Assembly (NCBI GenBank): GCA_902592265.1
Contig: CACJDV010000004.1
Span: forward strand, 171 to 64,170
DNA length: 64,000 bases
Reading direction: 5' to 3'
From: an uncultured Pelagibacteraceae bacterium
GTDB taxonomy: Bacteria > Pseudomonadota > Alphaproteobacteria > Pelagibacterales > Pelagibacteraceae
Within the stretch, counting starts at the first letter, position 1. Each line of letters opens with the position of its first letter. This document shows positions 34,529 to 44,760 of the stretch, one piece after another. Position numbers and translations under genes: made by a program. Below the pieces are notes generated by a model. That model ran no database searches and was not told where the DNA came from. It was given only the letters and a program-made list of their open reading frames with translations.

Positions 34529-35461
34529 ATGCCTAAAAAAATCATTTTTATGGGTACACCCATGTTTGCAGTTCCAATATTAAAATCTCTATATCAAAAT
34601 GGTTTTCCAATAAATTTGGTTTATACACAACCACCCCAAAAATCTCACCGAGGTCAGAAGATAAATAAATCACCAGTCCAAGGTATATCGGAAACTTTAA
34701 ATATAGAATTTAGATCTCCACAGAGCTTGAAAAATAACACTGAGGAATATGAGTTTTTAAAAAAAATGGAGGCTGATCTTGCAATTGTTGTAGCCTATGG
34801 ACAAATAATTCCTAAAGAATTCTTAAGTTTAACAAAAAAAGGTTTTATAAATATTCATGCATCTATACTCCCAAAATGGAGAGGTGCTGCACCTATTCAG
34901 AGAGCTATAATGAATTTAGACACAGAAACAGGGATCAGTATAATGAAAATTAATGAAGAATTGGATAGTGGACCTGTAAGTAACACTTACAAAATAAAAC
35001 TTGATCAAAGTCTGAATGCAAAAGAGATCTCAGAAAAACTCTCTTTAATGGCAGCGGATAAAATTTTAGATGTTGTAGATGAAATTTTAGAAGGTAAATC
35101 AAATTTTGTTGATCAAGACAATTCCAAAGCCACTTATGCAAAAAAAATTACTAAAAATGAAGGGCAAATAGACTGGAAAAGTGATGCTTTAAAAATAATT
35201 GGAAAAATTAATGGCTTATATCCCTACCCAGGAGCTTTTTTCAATTTTAACGGACAAAGATATAAAGTTTTAAAAGCTGAAATTGGAAATGGGATTGGTA
35301 AAAATGGTGAGGTTATATCAGACGATCTTGAAATAGCGTGTGGAGGTGAAAAATCTATTAAAGTTGTTGAAATTCAGAGAGAGGGGAAAAAGGTTCAAAA
35401 AATTGGAGAATTCATGCTTGGATCCCAGATCAGAAAAGGTTCAATTATATCTAATGTTTAG
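34529..35461 (+). CDS. fmt: Methionyl-tRNA formyltransferase
   Basis: FMGTP, VVAYGQI, NIHASILPKWRGAAPIQ. Confidence 0.97.
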   Translation: MPKKIIFMGTPMFAVPILKSLYQNGFPINLVYTQPPQKSHRGQKINKSPVQGISETLNIEFRSPQSLKNNTEEYEFLKKMEADLAIVVAYGQIIPKEFLSLTKKGFINIHASILPKWRGAAPIQRAIMNLDTETGISIMKINEELDSGPVSNTYKIKLDQSLNAKEISEKLSLMAADKILDVVDEILEGKSNFVDQDNSKATYAKKITKNEGQIDWKSDALKIIGKINGLYPYPGAFFNFNGQRYKVLKAEIGNGIGKNGEVISDDLEIACGGEKSIKVVEIQREGKKVQKIGEFMLGSQIRKGSIISNV

Positions 35462-36194
35462 ATATCAAATATTGATAGAGTATGTAGGCACCAATTTTAG
35501 AGGTTGGCAAATTCAAACAAAGGGCAAAACTATACAAGGTTTTATCCAAGAGAGAATTTCTAAATTATTAAAAGAAAAAATTATTTTGTTTGGCGCTGGA
35601 AGACTAGATAAAGGAGTGCACGCACTTGAGCAATCTGCTCATTTTGAGTGTAAAAAAAAAATTGAAAATTTGAATAAATTTGCCAAATCTTTAAATCATT
35701 TTTTAAATAAAGAAATGATTTCAATCATTAAAATTAAGAAAAGAGGCAATAATTTTCACGCAAGATTTTCTGCAAGAATGAGAACATATAAGTATATAAT
35801 CATTAATCGCCCCAGTAGACCGGTTATAGATAAAAATAGAGGATGGCACATTATTAATAAACTTGATTTGAAGATAATGAAAAAAGCTGCGAAAAAACTA
35901 GTTGGTACTAAAGATTTTTCTACCTTCAGAGCTTCAAGCTGTAGAGCTAAAAGTCCAATCAAAACAATGAAATCAGTAAAAATAAAATCTAGAAATAATA
36001 AAATAGAGATGGAATTTCAATCTCAATCTTTTCTGCAACAACAGGTTCGTTCAATGGTTGGTTGTTTAAAATATGTAGGCGAAAAAAAATGGACTTTAAA
36101 AAAATTTAATTTTGTTATGAACTCAAAAAAAAGGATTTTGTGTGCACCGCCTGCACCACCTGAGGGACTTTATTTAGCTAGAGTGATTTACTAA
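35454..36194 (+). CDS. truA: tRNA pseudouridine(38-40) synthase
   Basis: FRGWQ, GAGRLDKGVHA, FHARFSA, APPEGLYL; start ATG 35454. Confidence 0.95.
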   Translation: MFRYQILIEYVGTNFRGWQIQTKGKTIQGFIQERISKLLKEKIILFGAGRLDKGVHALEQSAHFECKKKIENLNKFAKSLNHFLNKEMISIIKIKKRGNNFHARFSARMRTYKYIIINRPSRPVIDKNRGWHIINKLDLKIMKKAAKKLVGTKDFSTFRASSCRAKSPIKTMKSVKIKSRNNKIEMEFQSQSFLQQQVRSMVGCLKYVGEKKWTLKKFNFVMNSKKRILCAPPAPPEGLYLARVIY

Positions 36195-36665
36195 TTTTTT
36201 TTTGTTACTCATTGCAAACTTTTTATTAATTCTCCATCTTGACTCTTCTCTAACAATATAACCACAACAATTTTTTGAACCACATTTACAAGGAAATTGT
36301 TTATAATCTTCGTCATAACCGAACCCATAATCACACGTAAACTCCTCTCCTTTTTTAATATCACGAATTGCAGTAATCCATACTTTTAAACCTTTGCCAT
36401 TATAATCGCAGTTATTATTGCAACTATGGTTTACTAGACCTGCAATATTCCATGAAAAATCTCCATCGAGGGTAAATCTTTTATTTAATGTGAATAAATA
36501 AATTGGTTTTTTATTATCAAACTTAATTGACTCATCCACCTCTTTATTTGTTATAATTTTGCCAATGTAATTAATTATTTTTGTTCCTTCTTTGATATCA
36601 CGTGTAGCATAAAGACCTCTTCCTTTCTTATCAATTTTAGATCTTTTAATTTTATAAAGTTTCAT
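36174..36665 (-). CDS. SET-domain protein with post-SET motif (putative protein-lysine methyltransferase)
   Basis: GRGLYA, NHSC, GEEFTCDYG, post-SET CKCGSKNC. Confidence 0.92.
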   Translation of the reverse strand: MKLYKIKRSKIDKKGRGLYATRDIKEGTKIINYIGKIITNKEVDESIKFDNKKPIYLFTLNKRFTLDGDFSWNIAGLVNHSCNNNCDYNGKGLKVWITAIRDIKKGEEFTCDYGFGYDEDYKQFPCKCGSKNCCGYIVREESRWRINKKFAMSNKKKLVNHSS

Positions 36666-36692
36666 TTGAGTGAATTATCAAAAACGTTTAAA

Positions 36693-37616
36693 TCAATTGA
36701 ATTCTACGAGCGCGTTAACATGCTCATTAGCACTTTCAGATAATGCGTTTAAATCATAACCTCCCTCAAGAATAGAGATAACTTTCCCTTGAGTGAACTC
36801 ATTGGTAGCAGCTAAAGTTCTTTTAGTAATTTCATAGAAGTCTTTTGATTTAAGTTTAAATTGAGCTAAAGGATCATCTTCATGAGCATCAAAACCTGCC
36901 GAGAATATAAGAAAATCAGGTTTATAATTAACCAACCTATCTAAAACCCTATCGAATGCATTAAAATATTCCTCCGAGTTCGTGCCTGCTGGTAAAGGTA
37001 TATTTAAAGAGTTATTAAAATCACCCTTATCTTTATCTGTACCTCCTCCAGGGTAAAAAGGATATTGGTGTGTTGAAATATATAATGAATTTTTGTTATT
37101 TCGCATAACATCATAATTTCCATTTCCCCAGTGCACATCAAAATCTACACATGCAACTCTTTTATAATTATGATCTCTAATTAAGTAATTAGTAGCTACC
37201 CCAGCGTTTGATATACAACAAAATCCCATTGCCTTGTCTTTTTCCGCATGATGTCCAGGAGGTCTTGCTAAACAAAATGCGTTCTTAAATTCTTTATTTT
37301 CTATTCCATCAATGGCCCTAATTGTTGACCCAGCAGCATCGAATACTGCTCTTTTACTCTCTGGTGATATTACAGTATCTCCATCTAGAAATTTTAGACC
37401 TTTTTGAGGAAATGAATTTTTTAAATTATCAATATATTCTTCTGAATGTGTCATTGCTAATAAATCATCTGGTACATTGCTTGGTTTTTCCCAAATAAGA
37501 TCATTTCTTTTTATTAATTTTTCTTTTATAGCAATTACTCTTTTAGGCTGTTCGGGATGACCATCACCAGTATCATGTTTTTCATAAGAGTCTGAATTTA
37601 TAATTGCCGTATTCAT
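36693..37616 (-). CDS. Zn-dependent histone deacetylase family amidohydrolase
   Basis: GHPE, RPPGHHA, GFC, DFDVH-GNG, SAGFDAH, LEGGY. Confidence 0.93.
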   Translation of the reverse strand: MNTAIINSDSYEKHDTGDGHPEQPKRVIAIKEKLIKRNDLIWEKPSNVPDDLLAMTHSEEYIDNLKNSFPQKGLKFLDGDTVISPESKRAVFDAAGSTIRAIDGIENKEFKNAFCLARPPGHHAEKDKAMGFCCISNAGVATNYLIRDHNYKRVACVDFDVHWGNGNYDVMRNNKNSLYISTHQYPFYPGGGTDKDKGDFNNSLNIPLPAGTNSEEYFNAFDRVLDRLVNYKPDFLIFSAGFDAHEDDPLAQFKLKSKDFYEITKRTLAATNEFTQGKVISILEGGYDLNALSESANEHVNALVEFN

Positions 37617-38770
37617 TTGAAATAATTATTTAAAATACTTTCATAAATCTTGGTTAGATTTTTAAGATCTTTTAGAGATACTGCCTCATCAACTTTATGC
37701 ATGGTTTTTCCAACTAAACCAAATTCAAGACCAGGACATATGGTTCTTATAAATCTTAAGTCTGAAGTTCCACCTGTTGTAGATAATTTTGGTTTTAATT
37801 TAGTTATTTTTTTAATAATATTTTGTATCATAAATGTCGTTTTGTTAGGCTTTGTCAAAAAAGCTTCACCAGAAACTCTGTACTCAATTTTAAATTTTGA
37901 TTTATGTTTTTTAGTCATTTTTCTAAAAATTTTGTTGAGTTTCTTTTTAAGAGAATTTGAGGAATGTTTGTTATTAAATCTTATGTTGAATGTTGCCTCA
38001 GCTGTTGCTGGAATAACATTATCTGCTGTATTATTTATATTTATCCTTGTAACCTCCAAGTTTGTAGGTTGAAAATCTTTAGTTCCTTTATCAAACTTAA
38101 TTTCCTTTAATTCTTTTAAAATATTGACAATTATGGTTGAAGGGTTATTTGCTCTAGAAGGATATGCAACGTGACCTTGTAAACCAAATATAATTAATTT
38201 ACCGGTTAAACTGCCTCTACGACCAATTTTAATCATTTCACCTAAATAATTCGGGTTAGTTGGCTCACCCACTAAGCAAAAATTAATCTTCTCTCTTTTT
38301 TTTCTTAAAAACTCCACAACTTTTTTTGTTCCATTCACTGCATCACCTTCTTCATCACCTGTTATCAACAGACTAACTGATCCATTAAATTTTTTATTTT
38401 TCGACAAAAACTTACTTACAGCAGAAACGAAAGCTGCAATAGAACTTTTCATATCATTTGCACCTCTTCCAATCAGATATCCCTTTTTAACCGAAGGCCT
38501 GAATGGATTAGTTGTCCAGTCTTTTATGTTTCCTGGAGGCACAACATCTAAATGACCTGCATAACATAAATTTGGATTTTTATTTCCTAACCTTGCATAC
38601 AAATTTTTAACAGGCTTAAACCCTTTTTTTTTAAATTCGAGTGTTTTTGTTTTGAATCCAAGTTTTTTTAATTTTTTTTCTAAAAATTTCATTATTCCTG
38701 CATCGACAGGTGTAATTGAAGGAAATCTAATTAGCTCTTTAGCTAATTGTAACTCATTTAAAATTTTCAT
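37613..38770 (-). CDS. dapE: Succinyl-diaminopimelate desuccinylase
   Basis: AGHLDVVP, GRGANDMK, GDEEG, GEPT, GRRGS, HKVDE. Confidence 0.95.
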   Translation of the reverse strand: MKILNELQLAKELIRFPSITPVDAGIMKFLEKKLKKLGFKTKTLEFKKKGFKPVKNLYARLGNKNPNLCYAGHLDVVPPGNIKDWTTNPFRPSVKKGYLIGRGANDMKSSIAAFVSAVSKFLSKNKKFNGSVSLLITGDEEGDAVNGTKKVVEFLRKKREKINFCLVGEPTNPNYLGEMIKIGRRGSLTGKLIIFGLQGHVAYPSRANNPSTIIVNILKELKEIKFDKGTKDFQPTNLEVTRININNTADNVIPATAEATFNIRFNNKHSSNSLKKKLNKIFRKMTKKHKSKFKIEYRVSGEAFLTKPNKTTFMIQNIIKKITKLKPKLSTTGGTSDLRFIRTICPGLEFGLVGKTMHKVDEAVSLKDLKNLTKIYESILNNYFK

Positions 38771-38771
38771 T

Positions 38772-39599
38772 TCAGTCTCTTAAAAGGTCGTTTATAGATG
38801 TTTTTGACCTTGTTTTTTCGTCAACCTGCTTAATTATTACAGCACAGTACAAAGATGGTGCAGAAGAATTATTTTTGTCTGGTAAAGAACCTGGAACAAC
38901 AACCGAATACGGTGGAACTTTACCATAAGTAATATTGCCAGTTTTACGATCAACTATTTTAGTAGATTGACCTATATACATACCCATACTTAAAACTGAA
39001 CCTTCCCCAACAATTACTCCTTCAACAACCTCAGACATAGCTCCAAGGAAAACATTATCTTCAATTATTGTAGGTAAAGCTTGTGCAGGTTCTAAAACTC
39101 CACCAACTCCTGATCCTGCTGAGATATGACAATTTTTTCCAATTTGACAACAGCTACCTGCTCTTGCAAATGTATCTATCATCGTTCCCTCATCGATATA
39201 TGCGCCAATATTTACATAGCATGGCATCAAAACAGCATTTTTCCCAACAAAAGATCCTTTTCTAACTGGGGAATTAGGCACCATTCTAAAACCAGCTCTT
39301 TCATGATCCTCTTTTGACCAACCAGCGGTTTTACCTTTTAATAAGTGAGATTTATCATACCAACTACTGTAGGGACCATTTAAATTTTCCATTGGATAAA
39401 TTCTAAAGCTTAACATAATTGCTTTTTTTAAATGCTGATGAGTGATCCATTCACCATTTACTTTTTCAGCAACTCTTGATTTTCCACTGTCTAAATCACT
39501 TATAACTTGATTGATTGCATCTTTGATTGTTGTATCCGAATTTTGGTTAATTTGATCTTTTATTTCCCAAGCATCATTTATAATTTTTTCTATAGACAT
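38772..39599 (-). CDS. dapD: Tetrahydrodipicolinate N-succinyltransferase
   Basis: KKAIMLSFR, VNIGAY, GGVLEP, KTSINDLLR. Confidence 0.96.
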   Translation of the reverse strand: MSIEKIINDAWEIKDQINQNSDTTIKDAINQVISDLDSGKSRVAEKVNGEWITHQHLKKAIMLSFRIYPMENLNGPYSSWYDKSHLLKGKTAGWSKEDHERAGFRMVPNSPVRKGSFVGKNAVLMPCYVNIGAYIDEGTMIDTFARAGSCCQIGKNCHISAGSGVGGVLEPAQALPTIIEDNVFLGAMSEVVEGVIVGEGSVLSMGMYIGQSTKIVDRKTGNITYGKVPPYSVVVPGSLPDKNNSSAPSLYCAVIIKQVDEKTRSKTSINDLLRD

Positions 39600-39602
39600 T
39601 AT

Positions 39603-40295
39603 TTATTGACTTTTTAATAACCTTATTTCCTTAAGAAATAAAGATAGATTTTCAATTTTATGAGAAATATAATCTTTATCAGAATCCATCTTACCAAAAT
39701 GTTCATCATTAATTAACCAAACAGTTGTACATCCCCTTTCATGACCAATACTCAGGTTTTTTGCGATATCTTCTATATAAATGGTTTCTTTTGGATTCAA
39801 TCCAAATTTTTTAACCATCAAATCAAAAGTTTGAGCCTCAGGTTTTGGTACATACCCAGCATCTTTAATATCAAAAACTTTATCTCTTCCAAAAAGATCA
39901 TAAACACCTAAATGAGTTAAAATATTTTTGGCATGCTCGGCACTCCCATTAGTAAAAATAAACTTTTCCATGTCTAATTTTTCAAGTTCATTCCTCATTA
40001 TTTTGTCCTCTTTCATAAATGAAAGATCTATTGTGTGGACAAATTTTAAGAATTCTTCTGGTGGTATATCATGATGTATCATTAAACCATTTAAGCTAGT
40101 GTTATATTTGTAGAAATAATTTGTCTGTAATTTTTTTGCTTCCTCCATATTTATTTTTAGTTTCTCAGATATAAACATTGTCATTCTTTTAGAAACTTGA
40201 CCAAATACTCTCTCAAGGGAATAGTTGTTGTGTTTCCCATAACAAACCCCATCAAGATCCAAGAGAAGGTATTTCATTTCTTTAAAATTTTTCAT
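39603..40295 (-). CDS. HAD-family pyrimidine 5'-nucleotidase-like hydrolase
   Basis: DLDG, FTNGS, PKP, IED..KNL; argB-HAD-dapD synteny. Confidence 0.85.
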   Translation of the reverse strand: MKNFKEMKYLLLDLDGVCYGKHNNYSLERVFGQVSKRMTMFISEKLKINMEEAKKLQTNYFYKYNTSLNGLMIHHDIPPEEFLKFVHTIDLSFMKEDKIMRNELEKLDMEKFIFTNGSAEHAKNILTHLGVYDLFGRDKVFDIKDAGYVPKPEAQTFDLMVKKFGLNPKETIYIEDIAKNLSIGHERGCTTVWLINDEHFGKMDSDKDYISHKIENLSLFLKEIRLLKSQ

Positions 40296-41140
40296 TTTCT
40301 TATCAAGGTCCCGGAACCCTTGTCAGAAAAAATTTCAAACAATATAGAGTGTTGCTTTCTTCCATCAATTATTCCGACTGCTGTAACCCCATTTTTAACT
40401 GCATCTAAACAAGTATTTATTTTAGGTATCATTCCCTCTGTAATAATATTATTTTCAACCATTTTTAAAACTTCTGTTGAAGTGATTTCATTAATTAGTT
40501 TCTTGTCTTTATCTAGAACTCCTTCAACATTTGTCATTAATAGTAATCTTCTGGATTTTAATGACTTTGCTATCGCACCAGCAGCTGTATCCCCATTAAT
40601 ATTATATGGATGATTATCATTTCCCAAACCTAATGGTGAAACTATTGGAACTTGTTTTTTATTAAGAATTTTTTCAATAAGATCATTGTTAATTTTCTTA
40701 GGTATTCCTACAAAACCCAGTTCCTCTGCTTCAGGTGTCACCTCAATTATATTGTTTTTTTTCGTATGAATTGAGATTGCGTCAGTACCAAATCTTTTTA
40801 AAGAATCGACAATATCGTTATTAAAATCAATCAACACTGACTCAACAATGTTTATTATCTTTTTATCTGTTACTCTTAAACCTCTAATAAATTTTGATTG
40901 AATATTTGATTTGTCCAGTTCTCTTTTAATTCTTGGACCTCCTCCATGAACGACTACAAATGAAATACCTAACTTACTGAGTATATTTATATCTGTTATA
41001 AAATTGTCAAAGATATTTCTGTCTATAAAAACATTACCGCCATATTTTATTACAATTAGGTCGTTCTTGTATTTTTCAATATACTTTGAAACCTCATTTA
41101 TCGGTGGGCCGTTTTCTGGAAGTATTTTTTTTAAATCCAT
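40292..41140 (-). CDS. argB: Acetylglutamate kinase
   Basis: IKYGG, VHGGGP, GLRVTD, NINGD, GMIPK. Confidence 0.95.
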   Translation of the reverse strand: MDLKKILPENGPPINEVSKYIEKYKNDLIVIKYGGNVFIDRNIFDNFITDINILSKLGISFVVVHGGGPRIKRELDKSNIQSKFIRGLRVTDKKIINIVESVLIDFNNDIVDSLKRFGTDAISIHTKKNNIIEVTPEAEELGFVGIPKKINNDLIEKILNKKQVPIVSPLGLGNDNHPYNINGDTAAGAIAKSLKSRRLLLMTNVEGVLDKDKKLINEITSTEVLKMVENNIITEGMIPKINTCLDAVKNGVTAVGIIDGRKQHSILFEIFSDKGSGTLIRK

Positions 41141-41168
41141 TAATTTATTGTTGTGTAATGATTAATTT

Positions 41169-42848
41169 TTAAGTGACAGTTTTAACAGTTGTCCTTCTCA
41201 TGATAAACACTTGTTGGGCCATAGTTAAAATATTATTCACAGTCCAATAAATTACTAAGCCACTTGGAAAGGGTGCTAATATTACGGTTAAAAAGAGCGG
41301 AAAGAACATAAATATTTTAGCTTGCATAGGATCAGTGGGAGCAGGATTTAATTTCTGCTGTACCCACATAGAAACTCCCATTGCAACAGGCCAAGCACCA
41401 ATCATTAAAAAAGACGGAACATCATAAGGTAACAGCCCAAATAAATTGAATATACTTGTGGGGTCACGCTCACTTAAATCATGTATCCATCCATAAAAAG
41501 GCATATGTCTCATTTCAATTGTAACAAACAAAACTTTATACAAAGCGAAAAAAACTGGTATTTGAACAAGAATTGGAAGACAACCAGACATTGGGTTGAC
41601 CTTTTCTTTTTTATAAAGAGCCATCATTTCTTGTTGTAATTTAATTTTATCATTTTTATGAAGCTCTTTTAATCTTACCATCTCGGGAGTAAGCGCTTTC
41701 ATTTTTGCCATGCTTCTAAAAGAAAAATTTGCAAGAGGAAAGAAAACTAATCGAATACAAATCGTAATAGCTATGATGGCTAATCCATAATTACCAAGCA
41801 GTTTGAAAAAATAATCAATACCAAAAAATAATGGTTTTGTTATGAAATATAAGAAACCCCAATCAATAACCAGGTCAAATTTATCTATAGCTAAACTTTT
41901 TGCATAGCCATCGATAACATCCACTCTTTTAGCAGCAACTATTATTTGTAAATTTTCTTCAATAGAACTATTTGGATCTAATTCAAGAGGTTCAGTTGCA
42001 ATAAAATTAGCTCTAAACTTATCCTTATAATCAAATGTTGTTTTAAACTCTTTGTTTTGTGGTGGAATTAATGATGTAATCCAGTATTTATCACTTATTC
42101 CCAACCAACCTTTTTGAGCAGTTTTTGTAAATTTTTTCTCTTGGATATCGTCATAATCTTCCTCAATTAACTCATCGTCTAATGTTGCAATTAATCCTTC
42201 ATGAAGGATTAAAAAATCTATTATATCTGGTATCTCATTTCTTATAATTTGACCGTAAGAATAAAAGTCATATTTCTCACTAGTTTTGTTTATAACTCTT
42301 TGCTTGATTGAAAATAGATATTTATCGTCTAGAGAAATTTCTTTTTCGAAGGTAATTCCTTGATCATTGGTCCAAGATAATTTAATCGGAGAATTTTCAG
42401 TTAATTTTTTATTTCCTTTTACAGACCAGATGGTCTCTGACGTGGGAATTTCTATATTTTTATCTGATGTTACAAATCCACTTTCAATTAAGTAACCTTC
42501 TTTAATATTCCTTGGTCCTAGAAGAATTATTTTTTCCTCACCCTCAAGCTCAACATTATAATTTTTAAAAGTTAGATCATCTATTGTTGCACCTTTTAAA
42601 GATATCGAACCAATTACATTAGAATTTTCAAAATTAACTCTCTCGCTTTCAGTCAAAGCGTCTTTTCTCGAAATCTCAACAAAACTATCTTTTTGCTCTA
42701 AGCTTGGTGTATCAGTACTTTGTTCAATTTTTTCTTTCTCAACTAGACTTTGATCTATTGTTGATTTTTCAGGAACAAAAAATAATGAATATAAAACAAT
42801 TACTGCTGAGGATAGCGCGATAGCTGCTATTGTATTTTTTGAGTCCAT
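41169..42848 (-). CDS. yidC: Membrane protein insertase
   Basis: DWGFLYFITKP, GNYGLAII, GCLPILVQIPVF, GLVIYW. Confidence 0.96.
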   Translation of the reverse strand: MDSKNTIAAIALSSAVIVLYSLFFVPEKSTIDQSLVEKEKIEQSTDTPSLEQKDSFVEISRKDALTESERVNFENSNVIGSISLKGATIDDLTFKNYNVELEGEEKIILLGPRNIKEGYLIESGFVTSDKNIEIPTSETIWSVKGNKKLTENSPIKLSWTNDQGITFEKEISLDDKYLFSIKQRVINKTSEKYDFYSYGQIIRNEIPDIIDFLILHEGLIATLDDELIEEDYDDIQEKKFTKTAQKGWLGISDKYWITSLIPPQNKEFKTTFDYKDKFRANFIATEPLELDPNSSIEENLQIIVAAKRVDVIDGYAKSLAIDKFDLVIDWGFLYFITKPLFFGIDYFFKLLGNYGLAIIAITICIRLVFFPLANFSFRSMAKMKALTPEMVRLKELHKNDKIKLQQEMMALYKKEKVNPMSGCLPILVQIPVFFALYKVLFVTIEMRHMPFYGWIHDLSERDPTSIFNLFGLLPYDVPSFLMIGAWPVAMGVSMWVQQKLNPAPTDPMQAKIFMFFPLFLTVILAPFPSGLVIYWTVNNILTMAQQVFIMRRTTVKTVT

Positions 42849-43087
42849 TATTTTTTTACTTTCATTTCTTTTTTAACTGGATCAAATCCACCATTTCCCC
42901 AAGGATGGCAAGACATAATTCTTTTAAAACTAAGCATTAGCCCTTTAAAAAAACCATAAGTCTTAAGAGCCTCAATGCTATACTCTGAGCAGGTCGGTAG
43001 ATACCTGCACGAGGGGCCAATTAAAGGACTGATTAAATATTTATAGATTTTAATAAATTTGATTAATATGTGTGTAAAAATACTCAT
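42848..43087 (-). CDS. yidD: Membrane protein insertion efficiency factor
   Basis: [22 protein letters not shown]. Confidence 0.95.
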   Translation of the reverse strand: MSIFTHILIKFIKIYKYLISPLIGPSCRYLPTCSEYSIEALKTYGFFKGLMLSFKRIMSCHPWGNGGFDPVKKEMKVKK

Positions 43088-43428
43088 TTTTTTATTTTAT
43101 TAAATTCTTGAAACAAGGTTTCTTTTATTAATTTAAATTCATTATTTAGCATAGTTGGCTTAGCAATAACAAGATATGAATAATGTAAATTTATTGATAT
43201 TTTTTTAAGCGCATCATTCATTATGTTTCTGAGACGTCTTTTTATTTTATTCCTCTTTACCGCATTTCCGATTTTTTTCTTGGTTACAAATGAAATGTTC
43301 AACCTATTTTTATTTTTATTATTTAAATAACCAAAAAAAATTGTGACGTATCTGTTTGACACCTTTTTTTGTTGAATTAATTTTCTAAATTCCTCGTTTT
43401 TTGAAAGAGCAAGTATTTTGCTTTTCAT
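43084..43428 (-). CDS. rnpA: Ribonuclease P protein component
   Basis: [17 protein letters not shown]. Confidence 0.94.
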   Translation of the reverse strand: MKSKILALSKNEEFRKLIQQKKVSNRYVTIFFGYLNNKNKNRLNISFVTKKKIGNAVKRNKIKRRLRNIMNDALKKISINLHYSYLVIAKPTMLNNEFKLIKETLFQEFNKIKK

Positions 43429-43431
43429 TGA

Positions 43432-43572
43432 TTAACCAGATACAGTTAACGATTTTCTGCCTCTTGCCCTTCGTCTGGCTAGAAGTTTTTTGCCACCCTT
43501 AGTTTTCATTTTTGATCTAAAACCATGTTTTCTAGCTCTTTTTATTTTAGAGGGTTGGTATGTTCTTTTCAT
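43432..43572 (-). CDS. rpmH: 50S ribosomal protein L34 (not in ORF track)
   Basis: [46 protein letters not shown], upstream of rnpA. Confidence 0.97.
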   Translation of the reverse strand: MKRTYQPSKIKRARKHGFRSKMKTKGGKKLLARRRARGRKSLTVSG

Positions 43573-43664
43573 AAAAGTGATTAAAATTTATTTAAATTTC
43601 GATCTTTATAGTAATTAAATATATAAATAGCAAATATAAGATTTTATAAATACGATAGTTAATA

Positions 43665-44387
43665 ATGGAAAAAACTAAAAAAATTAAATTATTTATAGGA
43701 TTATCTTATCTAATTCTAATAATTATATTTTTATTTTTGTTTTTTTCAAAATTTAGTCTTCAAGAAATAACGTCATATGATTTTATTAGAGATAATAGAT
43801 TATATTTTAACGAAATTAAAAATTCTAACTTACTTTTGGTATCTATAGTTTTTTTGCTTTTTACAATACTTTGGGTATTTCCATTTTTAGGATTTGGATC
43901 ACCAATTTCCTTACTTGGAGGTTTTCTTCTTGGTCCGTGGTTAGGCACAATAGTTGTTGTACTAGGTTTGAGTGTTGGGGCAACTTTTTTATATATATTT
44001 GGCAATTATTTTTTAAAAGATTTTATAAAAGAAAAATTTTTAAATAGATTTCAAAAACTCGAAACTAAATTTAAAAATTCAGAATTTATTTATTTATTGG
44101 TTTATAGGTTTATTGGGGGCGTTCCTTGGCAATTAAGCTGTCTTTTGCCAACGCTTTTTAATGTGAAAGTGTTTAACTTTTTTTTTGCAACATTAATTGG
44201 AATTGTTCCTCAAATTTTTTTAGCTGTCTCAATTGGCAACGGACTCGAAAAAATTATTCAAAATAATGCGCAAATCCCTAATATCTCTGATGTAATTTTT
44301 TCTCCTGATATATATATCCCAATTTCAGCATTTATATTTTTAGTCCTGATAACAATTTTTTTAAGAAAGTTATTCTATAAAAATTAG
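43665..44387 (+). CDS. TVP38/TMEM64 (VTT, DedA superfamily) membrane protein
   Basis: Hydrophobic; GGFLLG, YRFIGGVPW, FFFATLIGIVP. Confidence 0.85.
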   Translation: MEKTKKIKLFIGLSYLILIIIFLFLFFSKFSLQEITSYDFIRDNRLYFNEIKNSNLLLVSIVFLLFTILWVFPFLGFGSPISLLGGFLLGPWLGTIVVVLGLSVGATFLYIFGNYFLKDFIKEKFLNRFQKLETKFKNSEFIYLLVYRFIGGVPWQLSCLLPTLFNVKVFNFFFATLIGIVPQIFLAVSIGNGLEKIIQNNAQIPNISDVIFSPDIYIPISAFIFLVLITIFLRKLFYKN

Positions 44388-44461
44388 TGGTGCTCCCACC
44401 CTGTACTGACCAGGGAACTAGTCCTTACCAAGGACTTGTTATACCATTTAACTACAGGAGC
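44388..44461 (-). tRNA. tRNA-Thr(GGT), atypical T-loop
   Basis: Reverse complement GCTCCTG-TA-GTTA AATGGTA TAAC-A-AGTCC TTGGTAA GGACT-AGTT-CCCTG GTCAGTA CAGGG-TGGGAGC-A-CCA folds as a full cloverleaf. Confidence 0.9.
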
Positions 44462-44559
44462 GATTATTACAAATTGTATTTTATTAATAATAATGCAATT
44501 TTTCAAATTATTGCCTTAATTTTTTGTGAAATATGATTTATATCTAAGTAGGAAATATT

Positions 44560-44760
44560 ATGGGCATTCATTACGATTATAAATCTACAAAAAGTGCTAA
44601 GCTCATGGAAAAGCAAGCTAAAAGAGAAAAGAAACTTGCTGAAAAAAGAGCAAAACGTTTAGCTAAAGACGGTTCAAAGAAAGATGAAAATAATAAGAAA
44701 GCATTAGATGTTTCTAAACCAATTACCTTAGATTTTCTGACAAATCCAAATAAAGAATGA
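44560..44760 (+). CDS. Small basic hypothetical protein
   Basis: 66 aa, Lys/Glu-rich, SD-like AGGA upstream, divergent from tRNA-Thr. Confidence 0.7.
   Translation: MGIHYDYKSTKSAKLMEKQAKREKKLAEKRAKRLAKDGSKKDENNKKALDVSKPITLDFLTNPNKE

Noticed and set aside
35454-36194. TruA motif GRLDKGVHA instead of GRTDAGVHA
   Set aside because: Catalytic Arg/Asp and other motifs are intact; likely ordinary drift.
37650-40613. Antisense ORFs of 138-140 aa and the many 60-125 aa shadow ORFs across the window
   Set aside because: They lie opposite well-conserved genes, show no motifs, and have the composition expected of antisense frames.
44380-44400. tRNA 3' ends (Thr, Ser, Phe, His) as integration sites
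   Set aside because: No duplicated tRNA 3' fragments or recombinase genes were seen by eye.
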